Assembly (NCBI RefSeq): GCF_003918875.1
Contig: NW_025767185.1
Coordinates: forward strand, 62,001-126,000
Length of the DNA stretch: 64,000 nt
Reading direction: 5' to 3'
DNA from: Haliotis rubra
Taxonomy: Eukaryota
In this document: in pieces, positions 1-13,896 of the stretch
How positions within the stretch are numbered: position 1 is the stretch's first letter
How the letters are laid out: the number at the start of each line of letters is the position of its first letter
Made by a program: the position numbers and the translations under genes
Notes under the pieces: model-generated
Database searches by the model: none
Seen by the model: the letters and a program-made list of their open reading frames with translations, nothing else
Told to the model about the DNA's origin: nothing

Positions 1-1260
1 TTCTGATCGTAAATCTGCATTCTATCATCTAATCCGTTTCCAATTTTTAATCGTCCCTCCCAAAACGATTAGTGCGTGCAAGATGGCCGTTTGTTTATGG
101 TGGACTGTTCCGCAATCAGCTTGATACAGGATTAATAGACAGACCTGGTAGTTTTTACCAAAAGTGGACCGTGGCCAAGATTAATTCCTTTCGGAAAAGG
201 TCCGTGTAGTGACATATGTGAACAAGCAGTTTGTGTGATGTGGAGGCAGCGAGGAAATTTACGACCATTGTGAGAGCTCATGCTCTTCTTAATGCACTTC
301 CAGAGAGACCAAAAAGAGGGTTTTAACGAGAGCTTAATCTTTGTATGCAATAAGGTTCACACTCCAAAGAATAGTTTGCTTGGTCCCCATAGAATTTGTC
401 TAATTACACATGATATTCCCCCATGACTCGTTAGAGTAGCATGTTCTATTGTGCTATAAGGCTTGTAAATGTTATTTTGATGTAGCTTTAACTGTGTGAT
501 ATATAGTCTGTTTAGTCCTGTTCATTTCGTGCAGTACTAGTGTATGATTTTGTATTTAAAGTTCTGCTGGACATGTCTCTTTCATAAATATGTTGATTTA
601 TTGTTGAACCATGTCACATCAGAACCATGAAACTTTTGCAAACTGTGCACCGTATGATTAATGGCTACTAATGTTATACTTTCTCAGCAACATCTTCTGT
701 CTGTACATGGTGGATACCGACAGCCCTGCGATAATCGATGGTGGATGTAGAGATGGCTGGAGAGGCCATCATATCGGAGCCTGGTAATCACCAGGATGCA
801 TCTCTTTTTATATGTCTGGGTCAACCTGCGGAGTTCTCAGCCAGCCAGTCATAATGAGGGTTTTCCCAATAGATGCTTTAGCGGCTGACGGCTTTGGATC
901 GATCCGACAGGAAGGAAAAAAATGATTTACCTCAGTTAATGGGTAAATGCAACCCCGTAACCTCGTCAATGCTTTGGACGAGCTCGCTGATGCAACGTGG
1001 CAAGTCGGATAACTATGAAACAATCCTGCAAGCCGGACGGTGTGTTAGTGATCGAGAAGGGTCGTATGGTCTTATACCATTGGCGCAGTGTGACTAGCTT
1101 GTGTCATGGCAACAGAGGTTGGGTGGATGGGGTCCAAGACACTTACATTTGTGCTATCCACTTACAGCTGCACGATGTGTGGGTGGTGAGGTAGATATTT
1201 CTGGTCATGGTATATCACCAAGACTAATGTCAAGTCTGACACCAATATAACGTTCTATAA

Positions 1261-1369
1261 CCACTGCTTCTGACACACTCCACCACTGCTTCTGACACAC
1301 TCCGCCAGTGCTTCTGACACACTCCACCACTGCTTCTGACACACTCCACCACTGCTTCTGACACACTCT
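1261..1369. repeat. 22-bp minisatellite, about 5 copies (ccactgcttctgacacactcca)
   Basis: Near-perfect tandem copies read directly from the sequence. Confidence 0.95.
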
Positions 1370-1424
1370 AGCACTATCAAAGGAAACTGCTTACCTCATC
1401 AACTAAAAACACACACATGGCATG

Positions 1425-2795
1425 TCACACCAAACACAGTCTTTGTCTAACCCCAGTTGCACCTTACATATCAGATTCAACGCAACCTTTGTCTAACCTC
1501 AGTTGCAAATTATATATCATAATCAACACTTCATTTGTCTAACCCCAGTTGTACATTACATATCACACCCAACACAACCTTTGCCTCATCCATGTATTAC
1601 ATGACATGGCACAGCCAACTATACCACTCTATATTTCCGAGTACTCCTTGAGCCAATGTAATGAGCTCGTCAGATTAGTGATTCTATCTCAGGTGCAGCA
1701 GGGAGATTAGTAGTTTGTTGCACCTTATATATCACACCCAACACAACCTTTGTCTAACCCCAGTTGTACATTACATATCATATCCAACACAACCTTTGTC
1801 TAACCCCAGTTGTACATTACATATCATACCCAACACAACCTTTGTCTAACCCCAGTTGCACCTTATTTATCATACCCAACACAGCCTTTGTCTAATTCAA
1901 GTTCCACTTTATGTATCATACCCAACACAACCTTTGTCTAACCCCAGTTGTACATTACATATCATATCCAACACAACCTTTGTCTAATAATAATAATAAT
2001 GTCCATTTGTATGGCGCCGTTTCCACACACTAGTGTATGCTCAAGGGAGGTTGCTGTTTTGATGGTTATGGGAAGACTGTTCCACAGTGAAGGAGCAGTA
2101 TAGCTGAATGATCTGTGACCATAGTTCTTGAGATGGACAGGGGGTGTTGTTAGGAGGAACTGTTGGTGTGATCTCAGCTGTCGTGGTGGTGTGTACACTG
2201 AGATGAGTTCAGAGAGGTACTGAGGCGCTAGGTCATGTAGACATTGGAACACAATGGTCAAGATCTTGAATTCGATTCTGGCTTGGATGGGAAACCAGTG
2301 AAGAGACTTTAGGACAGGGGTTATGTGAGATCTTTTAGATGCTAGGGATACAATGCGGGCTGCAACCCCTGTTGTACATTACAGATCACACCCAACACAA
2401 CCTTTATCTAACCCCAGTTGTACATAACATATCATATCCAACACAACATTTGTCTAACCCCTGTTGTACATTACATATCATATCCATCACAACGTTTGTC
2501 TAACCCTAGTTGTACATTACATATCATATCCATCACAACCTTTGTCTAACCCCAGTTGTACATTACGTAACCAACACAACCTTGTAAATTTGTACGTTAC
2601 ATATCACACCACCCTTTGTCTAACACAACCTTTGTCTCCATCACCCAGTCTGTTGTACATTACATATCATATCCATCACAAACCTTTGTCTAACCCAACC
2701 TTTGTCTAACCCCAGTTGTACGTTACATATCACACCCAACACAGCCTTTGTCTAACCCCAGTTGTACATTACATATCATATCCAACACAACCTTT
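1425..2795. repeat. About 46-bp minisatellite (ccaacacaacctttgtctaaccccagttgtacattacatatcatat), interrupted by an L2 fragment and a duplicated unique segment
   Basis: Tandem units visible at about 1425-1582, 1720-1985 and 2364-2795. Confidence 0.9.
1986..2363 (-). mobile_element. 5'-truncated L2-clade (CR1 group) LINE 3' fragment
   Basis: Minus strand reads AARIVSLASKRSHITPVLKSLHWFPIQARIEFKILTIVFQCLHDLAPQYLSELISVYTPPRQLRS...YGHRSFSYTAPSLWNSLP, the typical L2 ORF2 C-terminus (HITPVLxxLHW, APxLWNxLP). It ends in ...gcgccatacaaat...(att)n tail and splits a minisatellite unit at tttgtct|aacccc. Confidence 0.9.
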
Positions 2796-4434
2796 GCCTC
2801 ATCCATGTATTACATGACATGGCACAGCCAACTATATTTCCGAGTACTCCTTGAGCCAATGTAATGAGCTCGTCAGATCAATCTAGATTAGTGATTCTAT
2901 CTCAGGTGCAGCAGGGAGATTAGTAGTTTGTGGACCGTCGTTCACTCACTCATTTTGTATCGACCTGTTGTTGCCGAGGTTTTTACATCCCAAAATACAC
3001 GTCCGTGACCAGTGGAGCCAACGTAAATGCCGGTTACGTGGTTTGCACTTACTGAATTTGTAATGTTATGTTTCCACCCTCTCTGCAATATTGATGCTAA
3101 TGCATAGTCACACTTATAAAACCCGCTACAACTCTAATAATGAGTTCACAATTTCTGTAAAGGGCATGTGTACGCCTGTCAACCTTGGACATGTGTGTGA
3201 ATAGGTACAGGAGACGGCCGACTACCGAGATGGCGCCACCTGTACAGCGCCCGGTGTCTTCATCAGCAAATCCTAGCAACAGCGTCAGCTTCAGTCCCGA
3301 CGCAATGCTCTTTTGTTTTTTGCAGGAATCATTTGCATATTAGAGCAACATCTAACACAGTCTTTGTCGTTCACAATAACAGATCGACATGCGTCTTCTT
3401 AATACAGCAATGTGGATGTTCAGTGCACGCGTAGAACGGAATATAATCCTTTGGTAGCACATTTTAACTGTTGTCCTAAGAATCTACACAACTATACGTT
3501 TGTGAATCAATGCACTCAACAGCGAAGTAAAGAGCAGTATAAGCTGTTGCGTGTTGTAGTGGTCCGAGTGTGTTCACAATTCAACATAGTTTATACACGG
3601 TTTACACATGGTACATCCTGTCCATAGTCAGCTTGCAGTGGGCGATGACTCTAACGTTTCCACTTTTGCGGAATCCGTCTCGATCAGATGAATTCCCTTG
3701 GATGTACTTTGGTTTAATCATGTGCCACCTCGATGTCTTCTTCGCGAGTTTGGCGTGCAATGTTCACGTGTTACTCTCCGATTACGTCTAGAAGTCCATG
3801 CCCCAGCATGCGTGACGTGGCCTCCGCTCACAACACCAGTCTACCCACCAATAGGGCACATACGCCAATTCATTGTCTCAAGAGAACGCTTATTAACAGA
3901 GATTAAATTTCAAATTGGTTTTAACTGTTTTTGTGTTTGATACTCTTAAGTCAACACACCGTTTTCGCAATTGAATTTCCAAGCAGTATTTGTTTTCATT
4001 GTGAGACCAGATTTTTGTTTTTGACGCCGTGAGCTCAACCAACAACCCATGGGATTTCTGGGTAATGTTTATTGTCGATTTCCGTTGAAAACGAAGTAAC
4101 ACGACACCGACCCTTTGTGCAATACTGCCACTTTTGAACATTAAATTTTGAGATTTTATTAGATGAACCGACATGCTAGATAATAGTTCCTGTGTTTATG
4201 TGCCTCAGATAATGAGCTTTAATTTAATGGAGCAGTGATAATCCCTCCAGAGAGAATAGATTTCAAGGTTTAGAGGCAGTATGACCTTCTTTAAACTTAA
4301 AAGGAAGGGACGTTTTCAACTATGAAACATATCGTGAACATTTCGACCTCTCTTTACTGCGAATGTATATACCTTTTACCACATCAAACACGTCCATGAC
4401 GTCTGCCATGAACACCCTTCGCTACGCCAACATG

Positions 4435-7400
4435 TTTGTCTATATACATCCTTCCCTACGTCCACCACGTCCACAATATACACTATATACATACTTCCCT
4501 ACGTCAACCATGTCGACAATATACACTATATACATCCTTCCCTACGTCCACCACGTCCACAATATACACTATATACATCCTGCACAACGTCCACCACGTC
4601 CACAATATAGATTATATACACCCTTCCCTACGTCCACCACGTCCACAATATAGACTATATACACCCTTCACTACGTCCACAATATAGACTATATACATCC
4701 TTCCCTACGTCCACCACGTCCACAATATACACTATATACATCCTTCCCTACGTCCACCACGTCCACAATATACACTATATACATACTTCCCTACGTCCAC
4801 CACGTCCACAATATAAACTATATACATCCTTCCCTACGTCCACCACGTCCACAATATAAACTATATACATCCTTCCCTACGTCCACCACGTCCACAATAT
4901 ACACTATATACATACTTCCCTGCGTCCACCACGTCCACAATATACACTATATACATACTTCCCTACGTCAACCATGTCGACAATATACACTATATACATC
5001 CTTCCCTACGTCCACCACGTCCACAATATACACTATATACATCCTGCACAACGTCCACCACGTCCACAATATAGATTATATACACCCTTCCCTACGTCCA
5101 CCACGTCCACAATATAGACTATATACACCCTTCACTACGTCCACAATATAGATTATATACATCCTTCCCTACGTCCACCACGTCCACAATATACACTATA
5201 TACATCCTTCCCTACGTCCACCACGTCCACAATATACACTATATACATACTTCCCTACGTCCACCACGTCCACAATATAAACTATATACATACTTCCCTG
5301 CGTCCACCACGTCCACAATATACACTATATACATACTTCCTACGTCAACCATGTCGACAATATACACTATATACATCCTTCCCTACGTCCACCACGTCCA
5401 CAATATACACTATATACATCCTGCACAACGTCCACCACGTCCACAATATAGATTATATACACCCTTTCCCTACGTCCACCACGTCCACAATATAGACTAT
5501 ATACACCCTTCACTACGTCCACAATATATAGACTATATACATCCTTCCCTACGTCCACCACGTCCACAATATACACTATATACATCCTTCCCTACGTCCA
5601 CCACGTCCACAATATACACTATATACCACGTCCACATACTTCCCTACGTCCACCACGTCCACAATATAAACTATATACATCCTTCCCTACGTCCACCATG
5701 TCCACAATATAGACTATATACATACTTCCCTACGTCCACCACGTCCACAATATAGACTATATACACCTACTTCCCCTACGTCCACAATATAGATTATATA
5801 CACGTCCACAATATAGACTATATACACCCTTCACTACGTCCACAATATAGACTATATACACCCTTCACTACGTCCACAATATAAACTATATACACCCTTC
5901 CCTACGTCCACCACGTCCACAATATACACTATATACATCCTGCACAACGTCCACAATGTCGATTATATACACCCTTCACTACGTCCACAATGTAGACTAT
6001 ATACACCCTTCACTACGTCCACAATATAAACTATATACACCCTTCCCTACGACCACCACGTCCACAATATACACTATATACACCCTTCACTACGTCCACA
6101 ATATAGACTATATACATCCTTCCCTACGTCCACCACGTCCACAATATACACTATATACATCCTGCACAACGTCCACAATGTCGATTATATACACCCTTCA
6201 CTACGTCCACAATGTAGACTTTATACACCCTTCACTACGTCCACAATATAAACTATATACACCCTTCACTACGTCCACCACGTCCACAATATACACTATT
6301 ATATACACCCTTCACTACGTCCACAATATAGACTACATACACCCATCCCTACGTCCACCACGTCCACAATATAGACTATATACATCCTGCACAACGTCCA
6401 CAATGTCGATTATATACACCCTTCACTACGTCCACAATATACACTATATACATCCTGCACAACGTCCACCACGTCCACAATATAGATTATATACACCCTT
6501 CCCTACGTCCACCACGTCCACAATATAGACTATATACACCCTTTCACTACGTCCACACAATATAGACTATATACATCCTTCCCTACGTCCACCACGTCCA
6601 CAATATACACTATATACATCCTTCCCTACGTCCACCACGTCCACAATATACACTATATACATACTTCCCTACGTCCACCACGTCCACAATATAAACTATA
6701 TACATCCTTCCCTACGTCCACCACGTCCACAATATACACTATATACATACTTCCCTACGTCCACCACGTCCACAATATAAACTATATACATCCTTCCCTA
6801 CGTCCACCACGTCCACAATATACACTATATACATACTTCCCTGCGTCCACCACGTCCACAATATACACTATATACATACTTCCCCCTACGTCCACCACGT
6901 CCACACAATATAAACTATATACACATACTTCCCTGTGTCCACCACGTCCACAATATACACTATATACATACATTCCCTTACGTCAACCATGTCGACAATA
7001 TACACTATATACATCCTTCCCTACGTCCACCACGTCCACAATATACACTATATACATCCTGCACAACGTCCACCACGTCCACAATATAGATTATATACAC
7101 CCTTCCCTACGTCCACCACGTCCACAATATAGACTATATACACCCTTCACTACGTCCACAATATAGACTATATACATCCTTCCCTACGTCCACCACGTCC
7201 ACAATATACACTATATACATCCTTCCCTACGTCCACCACGTCCACAATATACACTATATACATACTTCCCTACGTCCACCACGTCCACAATATAAACTAT
7301 ATACATCCTTCCCTACGTCCACCACGTCCACAATATACACTATATACATACTTCCTGTGTCCACCACGTCCGTCCATTACATACACACTATATACATACT

Positions 7401-10400
7401 CCCTACGTCCACCATGTCCACAATATAGACTATATACATACTTCCCTACGTCCACCACGTCCACAATATAGATTATATACACCCTTCCCTACGTCCACCA
7501 CGTCCACAATATAGACTATATACACCCTTCACTACGTCCACAATATAGACTATATACACCCTTCACTACGTCCACAATATAAACTATATACACCCTTCCC
7601 TACGTCCACCACGTCCACAATATACACTATATACATCCTGCACAACGTCCACAATGTCGATTATATACACCCTTCACTACGTCCACAATGTAGACTATAT
7701 ACACCCTTCACTACGTCCACACATATAAACTATATACACCCTTCCCTACGACCACCACGTCCACAATATACACTATATACACCCTCTTCACTACGTCCAC
7801 AATATAGACTATATACATCCTTCCCTACGTCCACCACGTCCACAATATACACTATATACATCCTGCACAACGTCCACAATGTCGATTATATACACCCTTC
7901 ACTACGTCCACAATGTAGACTTTATACACCCTTCACTACGTCCACAATATAAACTATATACACCCCTTCACTACGTCCACCACGTCCACACATATACACT
8001 ATATACACCCTTCACTACGTCCACAATATAGACTACATACACCCATCCCTACGTCCACCACGTCCACAATATAGACTATATACATCCTGCACAACGTCCA
8101 CAATGTCGATTATATACACCCTTCACTACGTCCACAATGTAGACTATATACACCCTTCACTACGTCCACCACGTCCACAATGTCGATTATATACACCCTT
8201 CACTACGTCCACAATGTAGACTATATACACCCTTCACTACGTCCACAATGTCGATTATATACACCCTTCACTACGTCCACAATGTAGACTACATACACCC
8301 TTCCCTACGTCCACCACGTCCACAATATACACTATATACATCCTGCACAACGTCCACAATGTCGATTATATACACCCTTCACTACGTCCACAATGTAGAC
8401 TATATACACCCTTCACTACGTCCACAATATAAACTATATACACCCTTCCCTACGACCACCACGTCCACAATATACACTATATACACCCTTCACTACGTCC
8501 ACAATATAGACTATATACATCCTTCCCTACGTCCACCACGTCCACAATATACACTATATACATCCTTCCCTACGTCCACCACGTCCACAATATACACTAT
8601 ATACATACTTCCCTACGTCCACCACGTCCACAATATAAACTATATACATCCTTCCCTACGTCCACCACGTCCACAATATACACTATATACATACTTCCCT
8701 GCGTCCACCACGTCCACAATATACACTATATACATACTTCCCTACGTCCACCATGTCCACAATATAGACTATATACATACTTCCCTACGTCCACCACGTC
8801 CACAATATAGATTATATACACCCTTCCCTACGTCCACCACGTCCACAATATAGACTATATACACCCTTCACTACGTCCACAATATAGACTATATACACCC
8901 TTCACTACGTCCACAATATAAACTATATACACCCTTCCCTACGTCCACCACGTCCACAATATACACTATATACATCCTGCACAACGTCCACAATGTCGAT
9001 TATATACACCCTTCACTACGTCCACAATGTAGACTATATACACCCTTCACTACGTCCACAATATAAACTATATACACCCTTCCCTACGACCACCACGTCC
9101 ACAATATACACTATATACACCCTTCACTACGTCCACAATATAGACTATATACATCCTTCCCTACGTCCACCACGTCCACAATATACACTATATACATCCT
9201 GCACAACGTCCACAATGTCGATTATATACACCCTTCACTACGTCCACAATGTAGACTTTATACACCCTTCACTACGTCCACAATATAAACTATATACACC
9301 CTTCACTACGTCCACCACGTCCACAATATACACTATATACACCCTTCACTACGTCCACAATATAGACTACATACACCCATCCCTACGTCCACCACGTCCA
9401 CAATATAGACTATATACATCCTGCACAACGTCCACAATGTCGATTATATACACCCTTCACTACGTCCACAATGTAGACTATATACACCCTTCACTACGTC
9501 CACCACGTCCACAATGTCGATTATATACACCCTTCACTACGTCCACAATGTAGACTATATACACCCTTCACTACGTCCACAATGTCGATTATATACACCC
9601 TTCACTACGTCCACAATGTAGACTACATACACCCTTCCCTACGTCCACCACGTCCACAATATACACTATATACATCCTGCACAACGTCCACAATGTCGAT
9701 TATATACACCCTTCACTACGTCCACAATGTAGACTATATACACCCTTCACTACGTCCACAATATAAACTATATACACCCTTCCCTACGACCACCACGTCC
9801 ACAATATACACTATATACACCCTTCACTACGTCCACAATAAAGACTACATACACCCTTCCCTACGTCCACCACGTCCACAATATACACTATATACATCCT
9901 GCACAACGTCCACAATGTCGATTATATACACCCCTTCACTACGTCCACAATGTAGACTTTTTATACACCCTTCACTACGTCCACAATATAAACTATATAC
10001 ACCCTTCCCTACGACCACCACGTCCACAATATACACTATATACACCCTTCACTACGTCCACAATATAGACTATATACATCCTTCCCTACGTCCACCACGT
10101 CCACAATATACACTATATACATCCTGCACAACGTCCACAATGTCGATTATATACACCCTTCACTACGTCCACAATGTAGACTTTATACACCCTTCACTAC
10201 GTCCACAATATAAACTATATACACCCTTCACTACGTCCACAATATAAACTATATACACCCTTCCCTACGACCACCACGTCCACAATATACACTATATACA
10301 CCCTTCACTACGTCCACAATATAGACCACATACACCCATCCCTACGTCCACCACGTCCACAATATAGACTATATACACCCTTCACTACGTCCACAATATA

Positions 10401-12045
10401 CACTATATACACCCTTCCCTACGTCCACCACCTCCACAATATAGACTATATACATCCTGCACAACGTCCACAATGTCGATTATATACACCCTTCACTACG
10501 TCCACAATGTAGACTATATATACACCCTTCACTACGTCCACAATGTAGACTATATACACCCTTCCCTAAGTCCACCACGTCCACAATATAGACTATATAT
10601 GCACCCTTCACTACGTCCACAATGTAGACTATATATTCAACCTTTACCACGTCCACATTATAGACTATATACACACCCTTCACTACGTCAACAATGTAGA
10701 CTATATATTCAACCTTCACCACGTCCACAATATAGACTATATATACACCCTTCACCACGTCCACAATGTAGACTATATACACACCCTTCACTACGTCCAT
10801 AATGTAGACTATATATACACCTTTCACTACGTCCTCAATGTAGACTATATATACACCCTTCACCACCTCCACAGTATAGAGTATATATGCACCCTTCACC
10901 ACGTCCACAATGTAGAGTAGGTACACCCTTCACCACGTCCACAATGTAGACTATATATTCACCCTTCACCATGTCCACAGTGTAGAGTATATACACCCTT
11001 CACTACTTCCACAATGTAGAATATATACACCCTTCACCACGTCCACAATGTAGACTATATACACCCTTCACTACGTCCACAATGTGGGCTATATACACCC
11101 TTCACTACGTCCACAATGTAGACTATATATACACCCTTCACCACCTCCAAAGTGTAGAGTATGTATACACCCTTCACTACGTCCAAAATGTAGAGTATAT
11201 ACACCCTTCACTACGTCCACAATGTAGGCTATATATTCATCCTTCACCACGTCCACAGTTTAGAGTATTTACACACTTCACTACTTTCACAATGTAGAAT
11301 ATATACACCCTTCACCACGTCCACAATGTAGACTATATACACCCTTCACCACGTCCACTGCTTAGAGTATATACACTCTTCACTACGTCCACAATGTAGA
11401 CTATATATACACCCTTCACTACGTCCACAATGTAGACCATATATATACACCCTTCACTACGTCCACAGTGTAGAGTATATACCCCCATCGCCACGTCTAC
11501 AATGTAGACTATATATACACCCTTCACCACGTCCACAATGTAGAGTATATACACCCTTCACCTCGTCCACAGTGTAGAGTATATACACACTTCACCACGT
11601 CCACAATGTACACTATATATACACCCTTCACCACGTCCACAGTGTAGAGTATATACACCCTTCACTACGTCCACAATGTAGACTATAAACACCCTTCACT
11701 ATGTCCACAGTGTAGAATATATACACTGTTCACCACGTCCACAATGTAGACTATATATACACCCTTCACCACGTCCTCAATGTAGAGTATATACACCCTT
11801 CACTACGTCCACAATATAAACTATATACACCCTTCACCACGTCCACTGCGTAGAGTATATACACCCTTCACCACGTCCACTGCGTAGAGTATATACACAT
11901 TTCACTACGTCCACAATGTCGATTATATACACCCTTCACTACGTCCACAATGTAGACTATATACACCCTTCACCACGTCCACAGTGTAGAGTATATACAC
12001 ACCCTTCACCACGTCCACTGCGTAGAGTGTATACACCCTTCACCT
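4435..12045. repeat. 7.6-kb minisatellite with mixed 43-bp and 34-bp units (ctatatacacccttcactacgtccac[cacgtccac]aatataga) and higher-order repeats
   Basis: 43-bp period measurable (e.g. 4818 to 4861). The 34-bp unit lacks the 9-bp cacgtccac duplication. Variant blocks recur. Confidence 0.97.
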
Positions 12046-13289
12046 GTTGCTGTGGTATACAACTTGTATCACATTATTACTCTACCTTGTGTTCTATATT
12101 TGTTCAGCACGAAGGAGGATATATCCTGTTGCTGTTCTATACACCTGGTATCACATTATTACTCTACTTCGTGTAGACGAAGTAGTTACTAACTGCATAC
12201 CACTATAAGAGCCGGAATTTAGCGAAGCACTATATTAATTACTAACACATTCGGCGTACATGGGGACAGTACGGTTCCACTTAGATATAACTGTCAAGTG
12301 CTCTACCGTCCAGTATGTTTCTTGCACTTATGATAATGATCTGTAAATTTATTTATAATGATGGAGTTAGTGATGATGCTTGGTGGAGTGCAGCTATATC
12401 AGTGCATTGAGCAGGACAATATTAACATTGCTACTGGGAATAGTTGCTCGTTATGTCAAGTTCATTCCCAAAATGTATTGACAACACCTGGTGGGGTGTC
12501 GATGTTCAGCTTTCTGGACGATGACTCGTTACTGAAGACACCGGGGTTGTTCAGCAACAGCAGCGGCGGCGGCGGCAGTCAACCGCTGGACGTGGGTCAC
12601 ATTAGGACCTCGTCAACATGGCGCAATTCCAAATACTTTTCCTCCAAATTGCTTTCTCGAACTTCTTGTCTGTACAAATGGGTAAAAAGTAATTTTTACG
12701 TGATTTGGCGATAGTTTAATGCCCCATATCTTGTGAAATACTATGTCGCTAATTGCCACAAGGCGCCTGTAGTCTTGTCTAAGTGGAATCATTTAATCAA
12801 ACATGTCGTTAGAGAGTAGCTATTACAACGCGGAGGTGACCAACACGCAATGCTACATGTGCGGTGAAGCTTTCTTTAAGCCTCATCCATCAGGGTATCT
12901 AGGACGGATGGCAGGCAACAGATTCCCCCACTCCGTGCCTGGAGATCAGACTATACCGTCACTCCTCGGCATACCATTGTCCAGTGTCCATTACTGTGGT
13001 GAAACTATAACAAAACATATTGTGTAGATTCGGTGCATCGTTTACGAGACCACGTTTCATGTGTTATATTTAACATACAATCTCCACAATGACATGCATC
13101 TTTGGGCGTAAAAAAGGCTGAAACAAGCGCAATAAGGAAATCCCATCACGATGGTAAGCCATGACCTGAAAACCATAAGTAGTCCCAGTTATACGTTCGT
13201 TGTCTGGTAACAGCTGTGCAACCGGATTTACTGTGTGGTATTTAGGGCCATTGCTCACTGCAGTGAACATTGGATTTCATCAGTAAAAT

Positions 13290-13425
13290 CTTAAAACAAA
13301 TTATAAGTTTCCAGTACTGGAAAATAATTTAATTTCTTTCTATTAGATAGGGTTGAGGATGTACAAGAGGAAGGACTAAAGATCGTGACGGGCGACAAAT
13401 TAAACTCAAGAACTAGTGACTCTAC
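13290..13425 (+). mobile_element. Possible highly degenerate non-LTR retrotransposon RT-thumb remnant
   Basis: Frameshifted reading LKQI../PVLE.../LDRVEDVQEEGLKIVTG resembles the LINE pattern RPVLEY...LExVQxxALRIITG; short and broken. Confidence 0.3.
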
Positions 13426-13815
13426 ATAGGACGGGCGAGGGTTCAACTATGGGATACACTGGTGGTTGGAGCAATAGATAAGTTGAAACAAAGGTTGGAT
13501 GGGAGTTATACAAAAGGAAGGAGCAGAGCTTTACAATCAAGGGTTTAAACTAAAGGAAGTCTCTTGACGTTGTATAAAACTACCTTTTTGAGCATTTACT
13601 GCGGAGGTTACTTCAGACTAAAAAAGTGATGGACTGAAATTGATCTAAGGGACAATAGGGCTTCATGTGGACACAAGCTCATAGTTGTATTAGCAGTAAT
13701 GTTGCATCAAGGCTCCAGAACTGAAACTTCCCTCCATAAGATCTAAGAAAAAGGAAGTATTCTAAGTTTTACTTGAGGGAGGTGAGACACGTGTGGCTAT
13801 GACCCCAGTGTTATA

Positions 13816-13817
<2 letters not shown>

Positions 13818-13892
<75 letters not shown>
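13818..13892. repeat. (GT)n microsatellite, 75 bp
   Basis: Perfect dinucleotide run leading directly into the GT-rich array. Confidence 0.99.

Positions 13893-13896
<4 letters not shown>

Noticed and set aside
4363-12176. Many His/Tyr/Thr-rich ORFs (and equivalents at 13.8-18.9, 31-33.5, 42.4-43.6, 45-49 and 60-63.5 kb)
   Set aside because: They are translations of tandem repeats whose periods are mostly not multiples of 3, with frequent frameshifts and no domain signatures.
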